From: Bdellovibrionales bacterium
Lineage (GTDB): Bacteria > Bdellovibrionota > Bdellovibrionia > Bdellovibrionales > UBA1609
Direction of reading: 5' to 3'
Assembly (NCBI GenBank): GCA_965203095.1
Contig: OZ241877.1
Coordinates: forward strand, 736,001 to 800,000
Length of the DNA stretch: 64,000 nucleotides
Shown: positions 10,799 to 20,800 of the stretch, piece by piece
Layout of the letters: each line of letters begins with the position of its first letter
How positions within the stretch are numbered: the stretch's first letter is position 1
Position numbers and translations under genes: made by a program
The notes under the pieces: model-generated
Databases searched by the model: none
Told to the model about the DNA's origin: nothing
The model's input: the letters and a program-made list of their open reading frames with translations, nothing else

Positions 10799-11310
10799 TA
10801 AGCGATGTAGAATACAAAAGCCCTCATGCTTTTATAAAAAGTGCTTTTTCCAAGTATAAAAAAGAATGCGAGAATAACCCAAGCAGAAATGGTCGTATTT
10901 TTGAATTACTGATAGGGCATGTCCTCTGTAAAGAGGGTGTATTGCCTTTTTATTATCAAGCCTCTTTTGAGAGGATTCCAAACGCTTGTTTTGATATAGT
11001 TTTTTACAACCTGAAAGCTCCTATTGTTTTCACAATAAAAACTTCATTAAGAGAGAGGTATAAACAATCTGATTTAGAGGGGCTTGCTTTAAAACAAGTG
11101 TATAGAAAGGCAAAGACCTATTTAATAACCCTATCAAATAAGGAAATAGACGGCATAAAAAGAAAAATAAAAGAGGGAAGCATAACAGGAATAGACGAAT
11201 GCTTTCTAGCTAATGAAAAAGAATTTGATAGCTTACTAAAGAGGCTAAAAGAAGAAGATTTTATTAAAGCTGAGAAGGTATTGCCGATTGACGGACGTTT
11301 TGTCTCTTAG
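10735..11310 (+). CDS. Probable type II PD-(D/E)XK restriction endonuclease
   Basis: Overlaps the MTase; GRIFE...FDIVF...IKTSLRERYKQ resembles the K-T/S-x-R-E-R motif of EcoRII/Ecl18kI-type enzymes. Confidence 0.65.
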   Translation: MPNSISKIISDGKTATICNALISDVEYKSPHAFIKSAFSKYKKECENNPSRNGRIFELLIGHVLCKEGVLPFYYQASFERIPNACFDIVFYNLKAPIVFTIKTSLRERYKQSDLEGLALKQVYRKAKTYLITLSNKEIDGIKRKIKEGSITGIDECFLANEKEFDSLLKRLKEEDFIKAEKVLPIDGRFVS

Positions 11311-11331
11311 TCTATTTTTTCTTCCTTAAAC

Positions 11332-11541
11332 AAACATATACTAAACTAAGACTTAGTATGCTTTCAAACACAAACAGCAACTATCTTTTTAAATTAAACC
11401 TCATTTTCTGTCTTTTTATGACTTTTTATAGGTTTTGCTTGTTCCTTCAGCTTTAAAAACTTAAAAAAGCTTGTTTTTAGACAAAAACATATACTAAACT
11501 AAGACTTAGTATACTTTCAAACACAAACAGCAACTATCTTT
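11332..11541. repeat. 57-bp direct repeat (11332-11388, 11485-11541) containing the palindrome ATACTAA-N8-TTAGTAT, upstream of Fic
   Basis: Two copies with one mismatch; second copy ends at the Fic ATG. Confidence 0.9.
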
Positions 11542-12672
11542 ATGAATGTTGAAATTGGTAAAAAAATAGCTCAGCCGGAAGGTTTTTCTGCCTTGGTTTT
11601 AAATCCCTTTCCTCAAAAACAGCTTTTAAAGGTTCCTGTGGATATTCTTCTCAAAGCCGGGGAGGCGGAAAGGCTGATAGGAAAATTAGATGGTATCACT
11701 CACACATTGCCGGATGTGGATTTTTTTCTCAAAATGTTTATCAAAAAAGATGCCACTGCCTCATCACAAATTGAAGGGACAAAAGCCACTCTTATTGATG
11801 CTTTAGAACAAGAGGCCGAGATCACAACTCAAAAAACTGATGCTGATGACATTCTCTATTATCTTAAAGCACTCAACTATGGCCTCAATAGCTTGAACAA
11901 ACTCCCTCTCTCTTTAAGATGGATCTGTGAAATTCATAAAGAGCTGATGATAGGGGCTCGAGCCACTCAATTACCCTATCCCGGAGAATTTCGTAAAAGC
12001 CAAAATTATATTGATGGGACAGGGCTGAACAATGCCCTTTTTGTCCCTCCCCCAGTTCCTGAAATGAATCAAGCACTCAATGATTTTGAAAGGTTTTTGT
12101 ATGAGGAAAATAAACGACTGCCTCTTATTCACATAGGGCTTATGCATGCTCAATTTGAAACCATCCATCCCTTTCTTGACGGGAATGGACGAACTGGCCG
12201 GCTTTTAATTACATTGCTTTTGTGCCAAAAAAAGCTTTTGGAACGACCTGTTCTGTTTTTATCCTCTGGGTTTAAAAAACATCAAAAGCTCTATTATCAA
12301 ACTTTGGAAGATTATCACAATGGCCGAGTAGAAAACTGGATGAATTTTTTTTTGGACATAGTTATAGAAATATCTAAAGAGTCCATAAACATTTCTAAAC
12401 AGATAAGAAAATTAAGAGATCAAGATATGGAAAAAATCCAAGCCCTTGCAAAAAGGGAGGCGGAAAGTGGGGTTCAAGTTCTGTCTCATTTGTTTGCTCT
12501 TCCCATTGTCACCACAAAAAGCATTATGAATTGGACCGGCTTTACAAGGGCCGGTGCAAAAAAAGTGATTGACCGATTGATCTCACTTGATATTTTACAA
12601 GCTTCTCAAAAACAAAGTGTTTATGGCAAAACTTATTTTTATAATCGCTACCTCAATATTTTTAGAGAATAG
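11542..12672 (+). CDS. Fic family protein (class II) with probable C-terminal HTH
   Basis: SSQIEG inhibitory motif and HPFLDGNGRTGR catalytic motif. Confidence 0.92.
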   Translation: MNVEIGKKIAQPEGFSALVLNPFPQKQLLKVPVDILLKAGEAERLIGKLDGITHTLPDVDFFLKMFIKKDATASSQIEGTKATLIDALEQEAEITTQKTDADDILYYLKALNYGLNSLNKLPLSLRWICEIHKELMIGARATQLPYPGEFRKSQNYIDGTGLNNALFVPPPVPEMNQALNDFERFLYEENKRLPLIHIGLMHAQFETIHPFLDGNGRTGRLLITLLLCQKKLLERPVLFLSSGFKKHQKLYYQTLEDYHNGRVENWMNFFLDIVIEISKESINISKQIRKLRDQDMEKIQALAKREAESGVQVLSHLFALPIVTTKSIMNWTGFTRAGAKKVIDRLISLDILQASQKQSVYGKTYFYNRYLNIFRE

Positions 12673-12916
12673 ATCTGGAAAACATAGTATGTCTAAATTC
12701 TTTGTCCGATTTTAAAAAAAGGCTTGTTTTCAATGGTTCCAAGCTTTTTTCCTTATCCAACAGGCGAAAACAGGAGAAAGTTCAGCTGGACTTTGTTAAA
12801 TGCGGGGATAAGACATTTTTTGCCACCTGGTGCTGATTTTTCTCTTATAATAACTTCTTACAGCCTTCATTAATAAAGAGAGGAGGGACTAAAGCCATCC
12901 TTTTTTTAAGAAAATC

Positions 12917-14056
12917 TTAAGGCATATTCAGCTCTTTACAAAATTTTCTGAAAGGCAAAATCCGACCATCAGCCAACTGGACATCTTTGTTTTTAAGATG
13001 CACTTGATAAAAAATGGGAATAGATGTCCTCTTTTTAAAATAAGAAATGGCAGGAGAAAGTTTTTGATCCCCTGTCTTACATTCCACAGCAAAGAGAGGT
13101 TTGCTGTTTTTTAAAACCACAAAATCTATTTCTCTTTTGTCTATATCCCTTAAAAATCTCAACTCCATCTTAAAACCTTCCCGATCTTCTAAAAAATGGC
13201 AGTATTTCATCAGCTGTCCAGCTACTAAATTTTCAAAACAATAGCCCAGTTTATGAAAGAGAACAGACCAATCAAAAAGATAAAGTTTTTTTTCTTTTTT
13301 GACTGCACGAAGGCGAGGAGCTGGCCAAGGGGGAATACGAAAACAAAAATAAAAACTTTCTAAAATAGACAGCCATTTTTCCACAGTTTTATGAGCCACT
13401 TGCAAATCTTCTGAAAGGCTTTGAATAGACAAAGGGGCACCCACTTTTTCCGGCAAAGTCTCTGCCAGCAACTCCATTAAACTCAGCTCTCTTATGTTTT
13501 CTAAGTCCCTTATATCGGCATGAATTAAAAGCTCTAAAGAGTTTTTATGCCATCGCCTCAAAAAACGAGAAGAATTTTTTAGAAAAGGCTCAGGGAAGCC
13601 TCCCCATCTCATAAGGTTTTCTAAGTCTGTTGAGCTTGGATTTTTATTAAGTTCTTTTAAGGATAAGGGATGTAAACGATAAAGATAGTAGCGACCTAAG
13701 AGGGAATCTCCCCCTCGCCGATAATGAGAAAAACGAGCAGAACCTGTGATTAAAAAAGATTTTTGATTTTTATGTTTGTCATAAAGTCCTTTTATAAAAT
13801 TTCTCCAACGGGCGTATTTGTGAATTTCGTCAAATATAATCAGCTTTTGCCCTCCGGGAATTTCTTCTTTAAGTATACGACTCCTATCCGCCCGATGATC
13901 ATAATTCAAATAAGCAGGATGCTTTACTCCATTTTTGTTTAAAAAAGAAAGAGCTAAAGTGGTTTTCCCAGCCTGCCGAGGGCCATTGATAAAAATCATT
14001 TTCTCTGGCAAATCCTCTTTAATAGCCGGCCTTAAATATCTGTTGATGATCCTCAT
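12917..14056 (-). CDS. AAA+ ATPase (AAA_14 / DUF4143 type) with C-terminal PD-(D/E)XK-like domain
   Basis: GPRQAGKT, IIFDEIH, TGSA, GDSLLGR, GGFPE, EIDFV..AVECK; likely ATG at 14056. Confidence 0.88.
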   Translation of the reverse strand: MRIINRYLRPAIKEDLPEKMIFINGPRQAGKTTLALSFLNKNGVKHPAYLNYDHRADRSRILKEEIPGGQKLIIFDEIHKYARWRNFIKGLYDKHKNQKSFLITGSARFSHYRRGGDSLLGRYYLYRLHPLSLKELNKNPSSTDLENLMRWGGFPEPFLKNSSRFLRRWHKNSLELLIHADIRDLENIRELSLMELLAETLPEKVGAPLSIQSLSEDLQVAHKTVEKWLSILESFYFCFRIPPWPAPRLRAVKKEKKLYLFDWSVLFHKLGYCFENLVAGQLMKYCHFLEDREGFKMELRFLRDIDKREIDFVVLKNSKPLFAVECKTGDQKLSPAISYFKKRTSIPIFYQVHLKNKDVQLADGRILPFRKFCKELNMP

Positions 14057-14074
14057 AAGCTTTACTTTATCAAA

Positions 14075-14139
14075 CACGAGTATTTTTGACAATAGTCCAA
14101 TTCACTCACGAGTTTTTTAGACAATAGTCCAATTTACTC
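14075..14139. repeat. Tandem 32-bp duplication over the ATPase promoter
   Basis: Two copies of CACGAGT..TTTT.GACAATAGTCCAATT(C/T)ACTC overlapping a TTGTCA -35 box (minus strand). Confidence 0.75.
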
Positions 14140-14168
14140 GTATTTTGAAAATGCCTTTTCAAAACCCA

Positions 14169-14385
14169 GTCATTCCCGCCTTGAGCAGGAATCCAGTAAA
14201 GTCTGTCCTTCCGTAAATCTTGTTAAAAAGCCTATTCTTTAGGTTCTTTGCCCAAAGGCCACAGCATTTCGGGACGGGAATACCTTGGACCCTCATGCTG
14301 TGGCTTTGGGCAAAAGCAATTAAGCAGTCGTTTTTGTTCAGCTTGGCTATCGCGAACACAGTCATTCCTTTGAGAGCGGGAATCC
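14169..14385 (+). repeat. Two intergenic REP/RPE-like palindromic elements (14169-14194, 14361-14385)
   Basis: GTCATTCCCGCCTTGAGCAGGAATCC and GTCATTCCTTTGAGAGCGGGAATCC match the window consensus GTCATTCCCGCGAAAGCGGGAATCC. Confidence 0.8.
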
Positions 14386-14560
14386 AGAAAAGCTTGTTCA
14401 CGAAAAAATACCTTGGCCCCTCACCACTAAATTTTGCTTATGCGATAAAGGACAGAAATTTTTCACAGAGAACTAAATAGTTGCCCGTGAAAAAGTCCAG
14501 CTCTCACTGGCTTATAAATCTATCGTTGATTTTTTTGAATTTGAGTTTAAACTTTATAAT

Positions 14561-16651
14561 ATGGATCAAAACAATAAGTGCATAAAATGCTTTTCCGATA
14601 TGCAGGAACTTTTAACAAGAAAAGGGGTCTTGGTTGATGTTTGCCCCTCTTGTCAAGGAGTTTGGTTAGATGAAGGAGAAATCAATTTTTTTATTTCCGA
14701 CAAAAAAATCTTAAACCGGTATGAAACCAAAGGGCTGGAACAAACTTATAAAACCTCCTATAAATGCCCTAAATGCCAGTCGGAAATGCGTTTGGGCCGT
14801 ATCCATGGATTTCCTTATCAGGTGGAGGAATGTTCCTCTTGTCGCGGGATTTTTTTTGACAGTCATGAATTTAAAAAAATCCAAGGAAAAGACTCTTTTA
14901 AATCCTTTAACTGGGATCGCTCTGTTTGTTTGAGGGAAAAGCCAAAAGATCCAAGCTCTTTACCCATTAAACCAGCTCCTCATAAAAAAACTTCTTCTGG
15001 CTTTTTTGTTAAGCTCCCCTCTCTTGGCCTCACTACAGGCTTGGTTTGTTTCTCCATGTATTCTGTTTTATTCGCCTTGATAGTTTTCTTAATGGAAGTG
15101 CAAAAACTCCCTTTATCCTTAGGTATTATTTCCACCCTGGGGGTAGTTGCCCTTCAATTTTATTTTTCCCCCATAATTTTAGACTGGCAACTGAGGTTTT
15201 TAGGTTCTTTAAAATGGTTAAATTTTAAAGATATTCCTTCAGCTGTTTTTAAAAAATCTCTTACTTCGCTTTGTCAGGAAAATCGCATTCCCATTCCCAA
15301 AGTGGGAATCATTGATGACAAAACTCCTCAAGCTTACACTTATGGTCGAACTCCTCATAGTGCTCGTTTGGTTTTTTCTAAAGGAATGTTTGAAATATTG
15401 GATGAGGAGGAGCTGACAGCTGTTTTAGCCCATGAGATAGGACATATTAAACATTGGGATTTTGTAGTAATGACAGTCATTCAGGTAATTCCTCTGCTTT
15501 TGTATACCATTTATAGGTTTATAAAAACACAAATGGATGATAAAAAATCTAAGGATAGCAACAAATTAGGAGCAGTGCTTGTTGTCTCTTATATATTTTA
15601 TATGATTTCAGAGTATTTGGTTCTTTTTGTCTCTCGTGTTAGGGAATATCATGCAGATAAATTCAGTTGTTATGCTACAAAAAAACCCAACAAGTTGCTA
15701 ACAGCTTTAGTTAAAATCTCTTATGGGCTTTTATCTCACAGTGCTTCTTCTGATTCTGAGGACAACTCACGAGAAGATAGAATTAAGGGGGTTGAGACAC
15801 TCAACATTATGGGTTTTGCCCGATCCAAACAGTTGGCTTTAGCTCGCCAAGGGGAAGAGGATCAGTTTAATCCTCAAAGTGTGGAAGATGTCATGAGATG
15901 GGATCTTTGGAGCCCTTGGGCTTTTTATTATGAATTGCACTCCACACACCCTTTAACGGCAAAAAGAATCAATGCCATTGGTTCTTATGCTTTATCTATG
16001 AATCAAGAGCCTTATCTTCTTTTTAAAAAAGAAAAACCAGAAAGCTATTGGGATGATTTTTTTATAGATGTTTTTGTTTTGTTTCTTCCTTATATTTTGG
16101 CTTTAGGTTGTGGGGGTTTATGGTTTGGTTTGACTGGCAATAGCTACACTTCACTGGGGAAGGAAAATATCCCCTTAATCATTGATTTTTTAGTTTTTGT
16201 GATCTTTGGCTTGGCCTTAGGTGGCCTTATTCGCACACTTCGAGCATATCCTAAAGGCCGATTTTTGCATCACTCTGTGGCTTCACTTTTAAAGCTGATA
16301 AAAGTTTCTCCTGTTCGCTCTTATCCTGTCACACTCAAAGGCTATATTTTAGGAAGAGGAGATGCGGGAAATATTTTTTCAGAAGACTTGGTTTTAAGGG
16401 ATAAAACGGGGATGATGTTTCTCAACCATGAGCCTTTTGGTTTAAACATTTTATTTGCTTTGTTCCGATATAAAAAATTTCAAGGAAAAAACGTGCAAGT
16501 CAGAGGCTGGTATCGTCGCTCACCGTCCCCTTACTTAGAGGTGAGAGATATCCGGCTGAATGAAACCAGCTCTTATGCCTACACATACTATTATAAAATA
16601 GGTTTTTGCCTTTTGGGCTTGTTAATCGCTTTTGTTTATTTTTTGATATAA
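14561..16651 (+). CDS. M48 (HtpX-like) membrane metalloprotease with two N-terminal zf-TFIIB-like zinc ribbons
   Basis: CxxC...DVCPSCQGVWLDEGE and CPKC...CSSCRGIFFD; AHEIGH, SRVREYHAD, STHP. Confidence 0.85.
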   Translation: MDQNNKCIKCFSDMQELLTRKGVLVDVCPSCQGVWLDEGEINFFISDKKILNRYETKGLEQTYKTSYKCPKCQSEMRLGRIHGFPYQVEECSSCRGIFFDSHEFKKIQGKDSFKSFNWDRSVCLREKPKDPSSLPIKPAPHKKTSSGFFVKLPSLGLTTGLVCFSMYSVLFALIVFLMEVQKLPLSLGIISTLGVVALQFYFSPIILDWQLRFLGSLKWLNFKDIPSAVFKKSLTSLCQENRIPIPKVGIIDDKTPQAYTYGRTPHSARLVFSKGMFEILDEEELTAVLAHEIGHIKHWDFVVMTVIQVIPLLLYTIYRFIKTQMDDKKSKDSNKLGAVLVVSYIFYMISEYLVLFVSRVREYHADKFSCYATKKPNKLLTALVKISYGLLSHSASSDSEDNSREDRIKGVETLNIMGFARSKQLALARQGEEDQFNPQSVEDVMRWDLWSPWAFYYELHSTHPLTAKRINAIGSYALSMNQEPYLLFKKEKPESYWDDFFIDVFVLFLPYILALGCGGLWFGLTGNSYTSLGKENIPLIIDFLVFVIFGLALGGLIRTLRAYPKGRFLHHSVASLLKLIKVSPVRSYPVTLKGYILGRGDAGNIFSEDLVLRDKTGMMFLNHEPFGLNILFALFRYKKFQGKNVQVRGWYRRSPSPYLEVRDIRLNETSSYAYTYYYKIGFCLLGLLIAFVYFLI

Positions 16652-16670
16652 TAACAATCTCAGTTTGCGT

Positions 16671-17609
16671 TTACTGTTTTATAAATCGTTGGGAAAATTC
16701 TTTTTTTGCCTGTTTCCTGAGATAAATACAATCCCCATATTGAAAAGCATCAGACATCCAATCCCACAGCCCGCCTTCTTGCCATGGGTTTAAAACCTCC
16801 CATGTTAAAACTTGAGCACCGGAGTATTTAATACTCCAAAGCTTTTTTAAATTTCGAATAGGAGGGCCTTCCAACTGGATTGTGGCCCCTGTGGTTTCAT
16901 TTTTTAATATAAGATAAAGGAAGTGTGGGTCTTCCGGATGAGTGATCTTAAGGCTGTTAATGTCAATAGCTGAAGAGCTTTTGTATTCATTCTCTCTTTG
17001 ATTTTCTTTTTCACAAGAAGGGCAAGTAGGTTTGTCTTCATCCTCTGGTTCTTTTAACTTTTCCCAAAACAGATTTCCTGTGTTGGACAAAATGTATTCT
17101 TGATCCTTGGGATAGCCTCCTCCGGAATAAGAATAAGAAAATGTTTTTGAAAATTTCCCAGTAATTATTTGGTTTGTTCTGTTATTTCTCACTTGCAAAG
17201 CTATGGAAAAGGCTTGGCCAGCCCATTCTTTAAGAGATTGAATTTGCAATCTTTCCAGATCCAAAAAAATACCTTTAATTTCTGGACCGACATCTTCTGT
17301 GTTGGAGTTTGTAGATTGTTGGGCTGGTTGAGGATGATAGCCTATCCATCCCACAGATACTTCCGCTAAGACCAATGCTTTGTATTGTTGGCCTGACTTT
17401 GCTGTCTCAAAAAAAGCATAAGCAGTTTGATAGTGGCCATTGTGATTATCCAAATCAGAACAGAGATGATTAAAATGCAGTTCATTGTTTTTATCTACCA
17501 CAGTAAAATCTTTTAAAACCTCGCAAGTTTGTTTGTTGAGATCTCCGCAGTCTCCTGCCTGACAGGAGGATGTAATAAAAAAACCAGCAATGAGGATATA
17601 TTTTGTCAT
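16671..17609 (-). CDS. Hypothetical secreted protein
   Basis: 312-aa ORF with signal peptide and Cys pairs; promoter-like -35/-10 boxes upstream. Confidence 0.6.
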   Translation of the reverse strand: MTKYILIAGFFITSSCQAGDCGDLNKQTCEVLKDFTVVDKNNELHFNHLCSDLDNHNGHYQTAYAFFETAKSGQQYKALVLAEVSVGWIGYHPQPAQQSTNSNTEDVGPEIKGIFLDLERLQIQSLKEWAGQAFSIALQVRNNRTNQIITGKFSKTFSYSYSGGGYPKDQEYILSNTGNLFWEKLKEPEDEDKPTCPSCEKENQRENEYKSSSAIDINSLKITHPEDPHFLYLILKNETTGATIQLEGPPIRNLKKLWSIKYSGAQVLTWEVLNPWQEGGLWDWMSDAFQYGDCIYLRKQAKKEFSQRFIKQ

Positions 17610-17870
17610 ATTTCAATTTTATCTATTTTGAACTGAAAGTCAATTTTTTTTTATAAATCTTTATTCATAGAATCTTGAAAAATCCCTGTTTTTCTTGCTT
17701 TGAGATGGAATCCATAAATTTCTGCCCTGGGGTTTCATAAACCACTCAAAAGTGTCTCAATTTGCAACAGTTATTTTTTAAGAATCCTTTATTTATAGGC
17801 TTTTTTAAAAAAATCAAAAAAAAACTAAAGCCTTTAGTCCTAAAAACCGATTAGTTATTTAAATAGTTTC

Positions 17871-20800
17871 ATGGGCATAACATGTCAAAAACAGAAAAAA
17901 ATGAGAAAGGATGAAATTTTGAAATCAAAAAACAAGACCAATATTCAGCCACTTCGCCCGGATAACCTATTTTCCTGTTGGACAAAAAAATACTCTTTAA
18001 GCAAAACCTTAAGGTTTGAACTTAAACCAGTTGAACAAACCAAGCCTTTTTTACAAGAATTTATAAAATCAGATACAAAAAGAGATAAAGACTACAAAAA
18101 TCTTAAAAAAATCATTGATGAATACCATAAAGCTCATATCCAAGAGGCACTTTCACAGAAGGATATTTTATCTGTTCCAGATTTGGAAAATTTGAGCAAG
18201 CATATTAAAAATTCAAAAACCAACAAAACCAGTCATTCCCTCCGACTCAGTCATTCCCGCGAAAGCAGGAATCCACCTCTAAAAAAGAAAACAAAAATCC
18301 TTTTAAGAGATATACAAACTAAATTGAGAAAGCGGATTAAAGATCATTTTACCAAAGCACAGGCAGAATTGAGAAAGCAGTTTGAAAAAACAGGCAAAAA
18401 ATCTACAAAAAGCTCTTTATTTGAAAAAGAACTGCTTACAGAAATTCTCCCTAACTGGTTAAACAAAATCTCTTGGGAAGAGGCTCAACATAAAGAGGAG
18501 TTTAAAAACAAAGAGGCTTTTGAAAACTGGAAAAAGGAATCTTTAAAAATAGTTAAAACATTTGATAAATTCACAACTTATTTAACAGGTTTTCACGAAA
18601 ACCGGAAAAATATTTATAGCGATAAAGAGCAATCCACAGCCATTTCCCACAGAATCATCCATGAAAACTTTCCTCGATTTTTATCCAACAGGGAAACTTA
18701 TAAAAAAATCAAAAACAAATACTCCGATTTGAAAACCAAATTAGAACCAGTAAAAACCGATCTCAAAGAGGAGTTTTCTGTTTTAGGAGTTAAAAATATA
18801 GAAGAGCTTTTTGAAATAAAACTTTTTAACAAGCTTCTTTCTCAAAAAGGGATTGATAGCTATAACTATATCATCGGCGGGAAACAGAAAGAAGGCCCAA
18901 GCAATAAAATCCAGGGCATCAATGAGAAAATCAACCTTTATCGCCAACAAAAAAACTCAGCCAGCTCAAACAATCAAGATATAAAAACAAAGCTCAGTAA
19001 TAAAAACTTGCCTCTTATGCAGGTTTTACATAAACAGATTTTAAGCGATAAGCAAAGCCACTCTTTTTATGATCGGGAAGAATTTAAAAATAGAGAAGAG
19101 GTTTTATCCGCCCTTGATGAATTTTGGCAAAGCCTATCAAAGACAGATAAAGACGCAAAGGCAACTGTTTTAGAAAAATTAAAAATCCTATTTACTAAAC
19201 AATTATCCAATAGTTTATTAGATGGAATCTATTTTAAAAACAGTGCTTTAGAGAAACTGTCTCATAAATATTTTGAGGATTATAGACTTATCAACTCTTC
19301 TCTCAATCATTATGCAGAAAATCAATATATAAGAAAAGAGGAAGACTTTAAAACCAAAAAAGAAAAAGAGAAATGGTTAAAAAAAGATTTTTTTAATTTT
19401 GAAGAGATACATTCAGCTTTGCTCTCTTATTCTAAAGAAAACGAAGACTTATCAAATAACTTGAAAAAAAACCAAAACATTTTGCTCGCTTATTTGTATT
19501 CTCAATTCAATAACAAGCTCTATAATAAAGAAAAAGAAGATTTGCTTTCCCACATAAAAAATCTTTATCAAAAAGTTGAAAAAATACCTCATTCTTTGCC
19601 AAAGCCATTTAATAAGGATGAAATAAAAACTATTCATGAGTTTTTGCATGCATTTATGGGGCTTTTTCATTTAGTAAAGCCAGTGCATTTAAACAGAGAA
19701 GATTTAGATAAAGACACCTATTTTTATAATGAGTTTGAAGTGCTTTATGAAAAGCTTTTGCCAATAAATAAGATCTATGACAAAATCAGAAATTACATTA
19801 CAAAAAACAAAAAGCATTTAGAAAAAATTAAACTCAATTTTGAGAACAGCCAATTAGCTGATGGTTGGGATGTCAATAAAGAGACAGACTATTTATCTAT
19901 TATTTTGCGTAAAAAAGAAAAAGGCCAATGGATTTACTATCTTGGAGTAATGAATCAGCAAAATAGAAAACTTTTTGATTATCATTTAAACTTTAATGAT
20001 CATAAAAAAGAAAAAATCAAAATCCAAAAGCAAGCACTAAGAAGTAAGCTGTTGGCTGAAGGGAATGAAACAAACTATTATGAAAAAATGAATTATAAGC
20101 AAATAGCGAAAGCTTCTAAAGATATACATACTTTGATCAGAATAAACGGTCAAGTTTATCGGAAAACAAAACATTTGGACGAACTAAAACAACAGAATTT
20201 TCCTCCTGAAATATGGAAAATTAAAAAGAATAATTCTTACAAAAAAGGTGAAAAATTTAGTAAGAAAGATTTAATTCATTTTATAAATTATTATAAAGAT
20301 ATAGCTAAGAATTATTGGAAAAGTTTTAATTTGTCACTCAATCCAGCTGAGAAATATGAAAGCTTTGAACATTTTACTGATGATATAGCTTCCCAAGGCT
20401 ATAAACTATCGTTTGATAAAATCAAATCCAATTATATTGAGGAAAAAGTAAAACAAGGCGAGCTTTATCTATTTCAAATTCACAGTAAGGATTTTTCACC
20501 CAATAGCAAAGGTAGGCCCAATCTTCATACCAGTTATTTTAAGCTTTTATTTGAGGAGGAAAATCTAAAAAACACTATATTTAAATTGAATGGACAGGCA
20601 GAAGTTTTTTATAGAAAAGCCTCTAAGGGAAAGACTGTCACTCATCATAAAAATCAATCTATAAAAAATAAAAACCCTCTCAATTCTAAAAAAAATAGCA
20701 CATTCAAATATGATCTGATAAAAGACAAAAGATTTACTGCGGATAAATTTTTCTTCCATACCCCTATTACTCTTAATTTTAAAGAGAAAGAGAAACCAAG

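Noticed and set aside
14159..14480. Short ORFs 14159-14401 and 14220-14480 (also 33596-33793 and 44689-44977)
   Set aside because: They are chance frames across REP-containing intergenic DNA with no protein features.
17716..17735. AAATTTCTGCCCTGGGGTTT as an orphan repeat upstream of cas12a
   Set aside because: Only AATTTCT matches, and the TCTAC/GTAGA stem cannot form.
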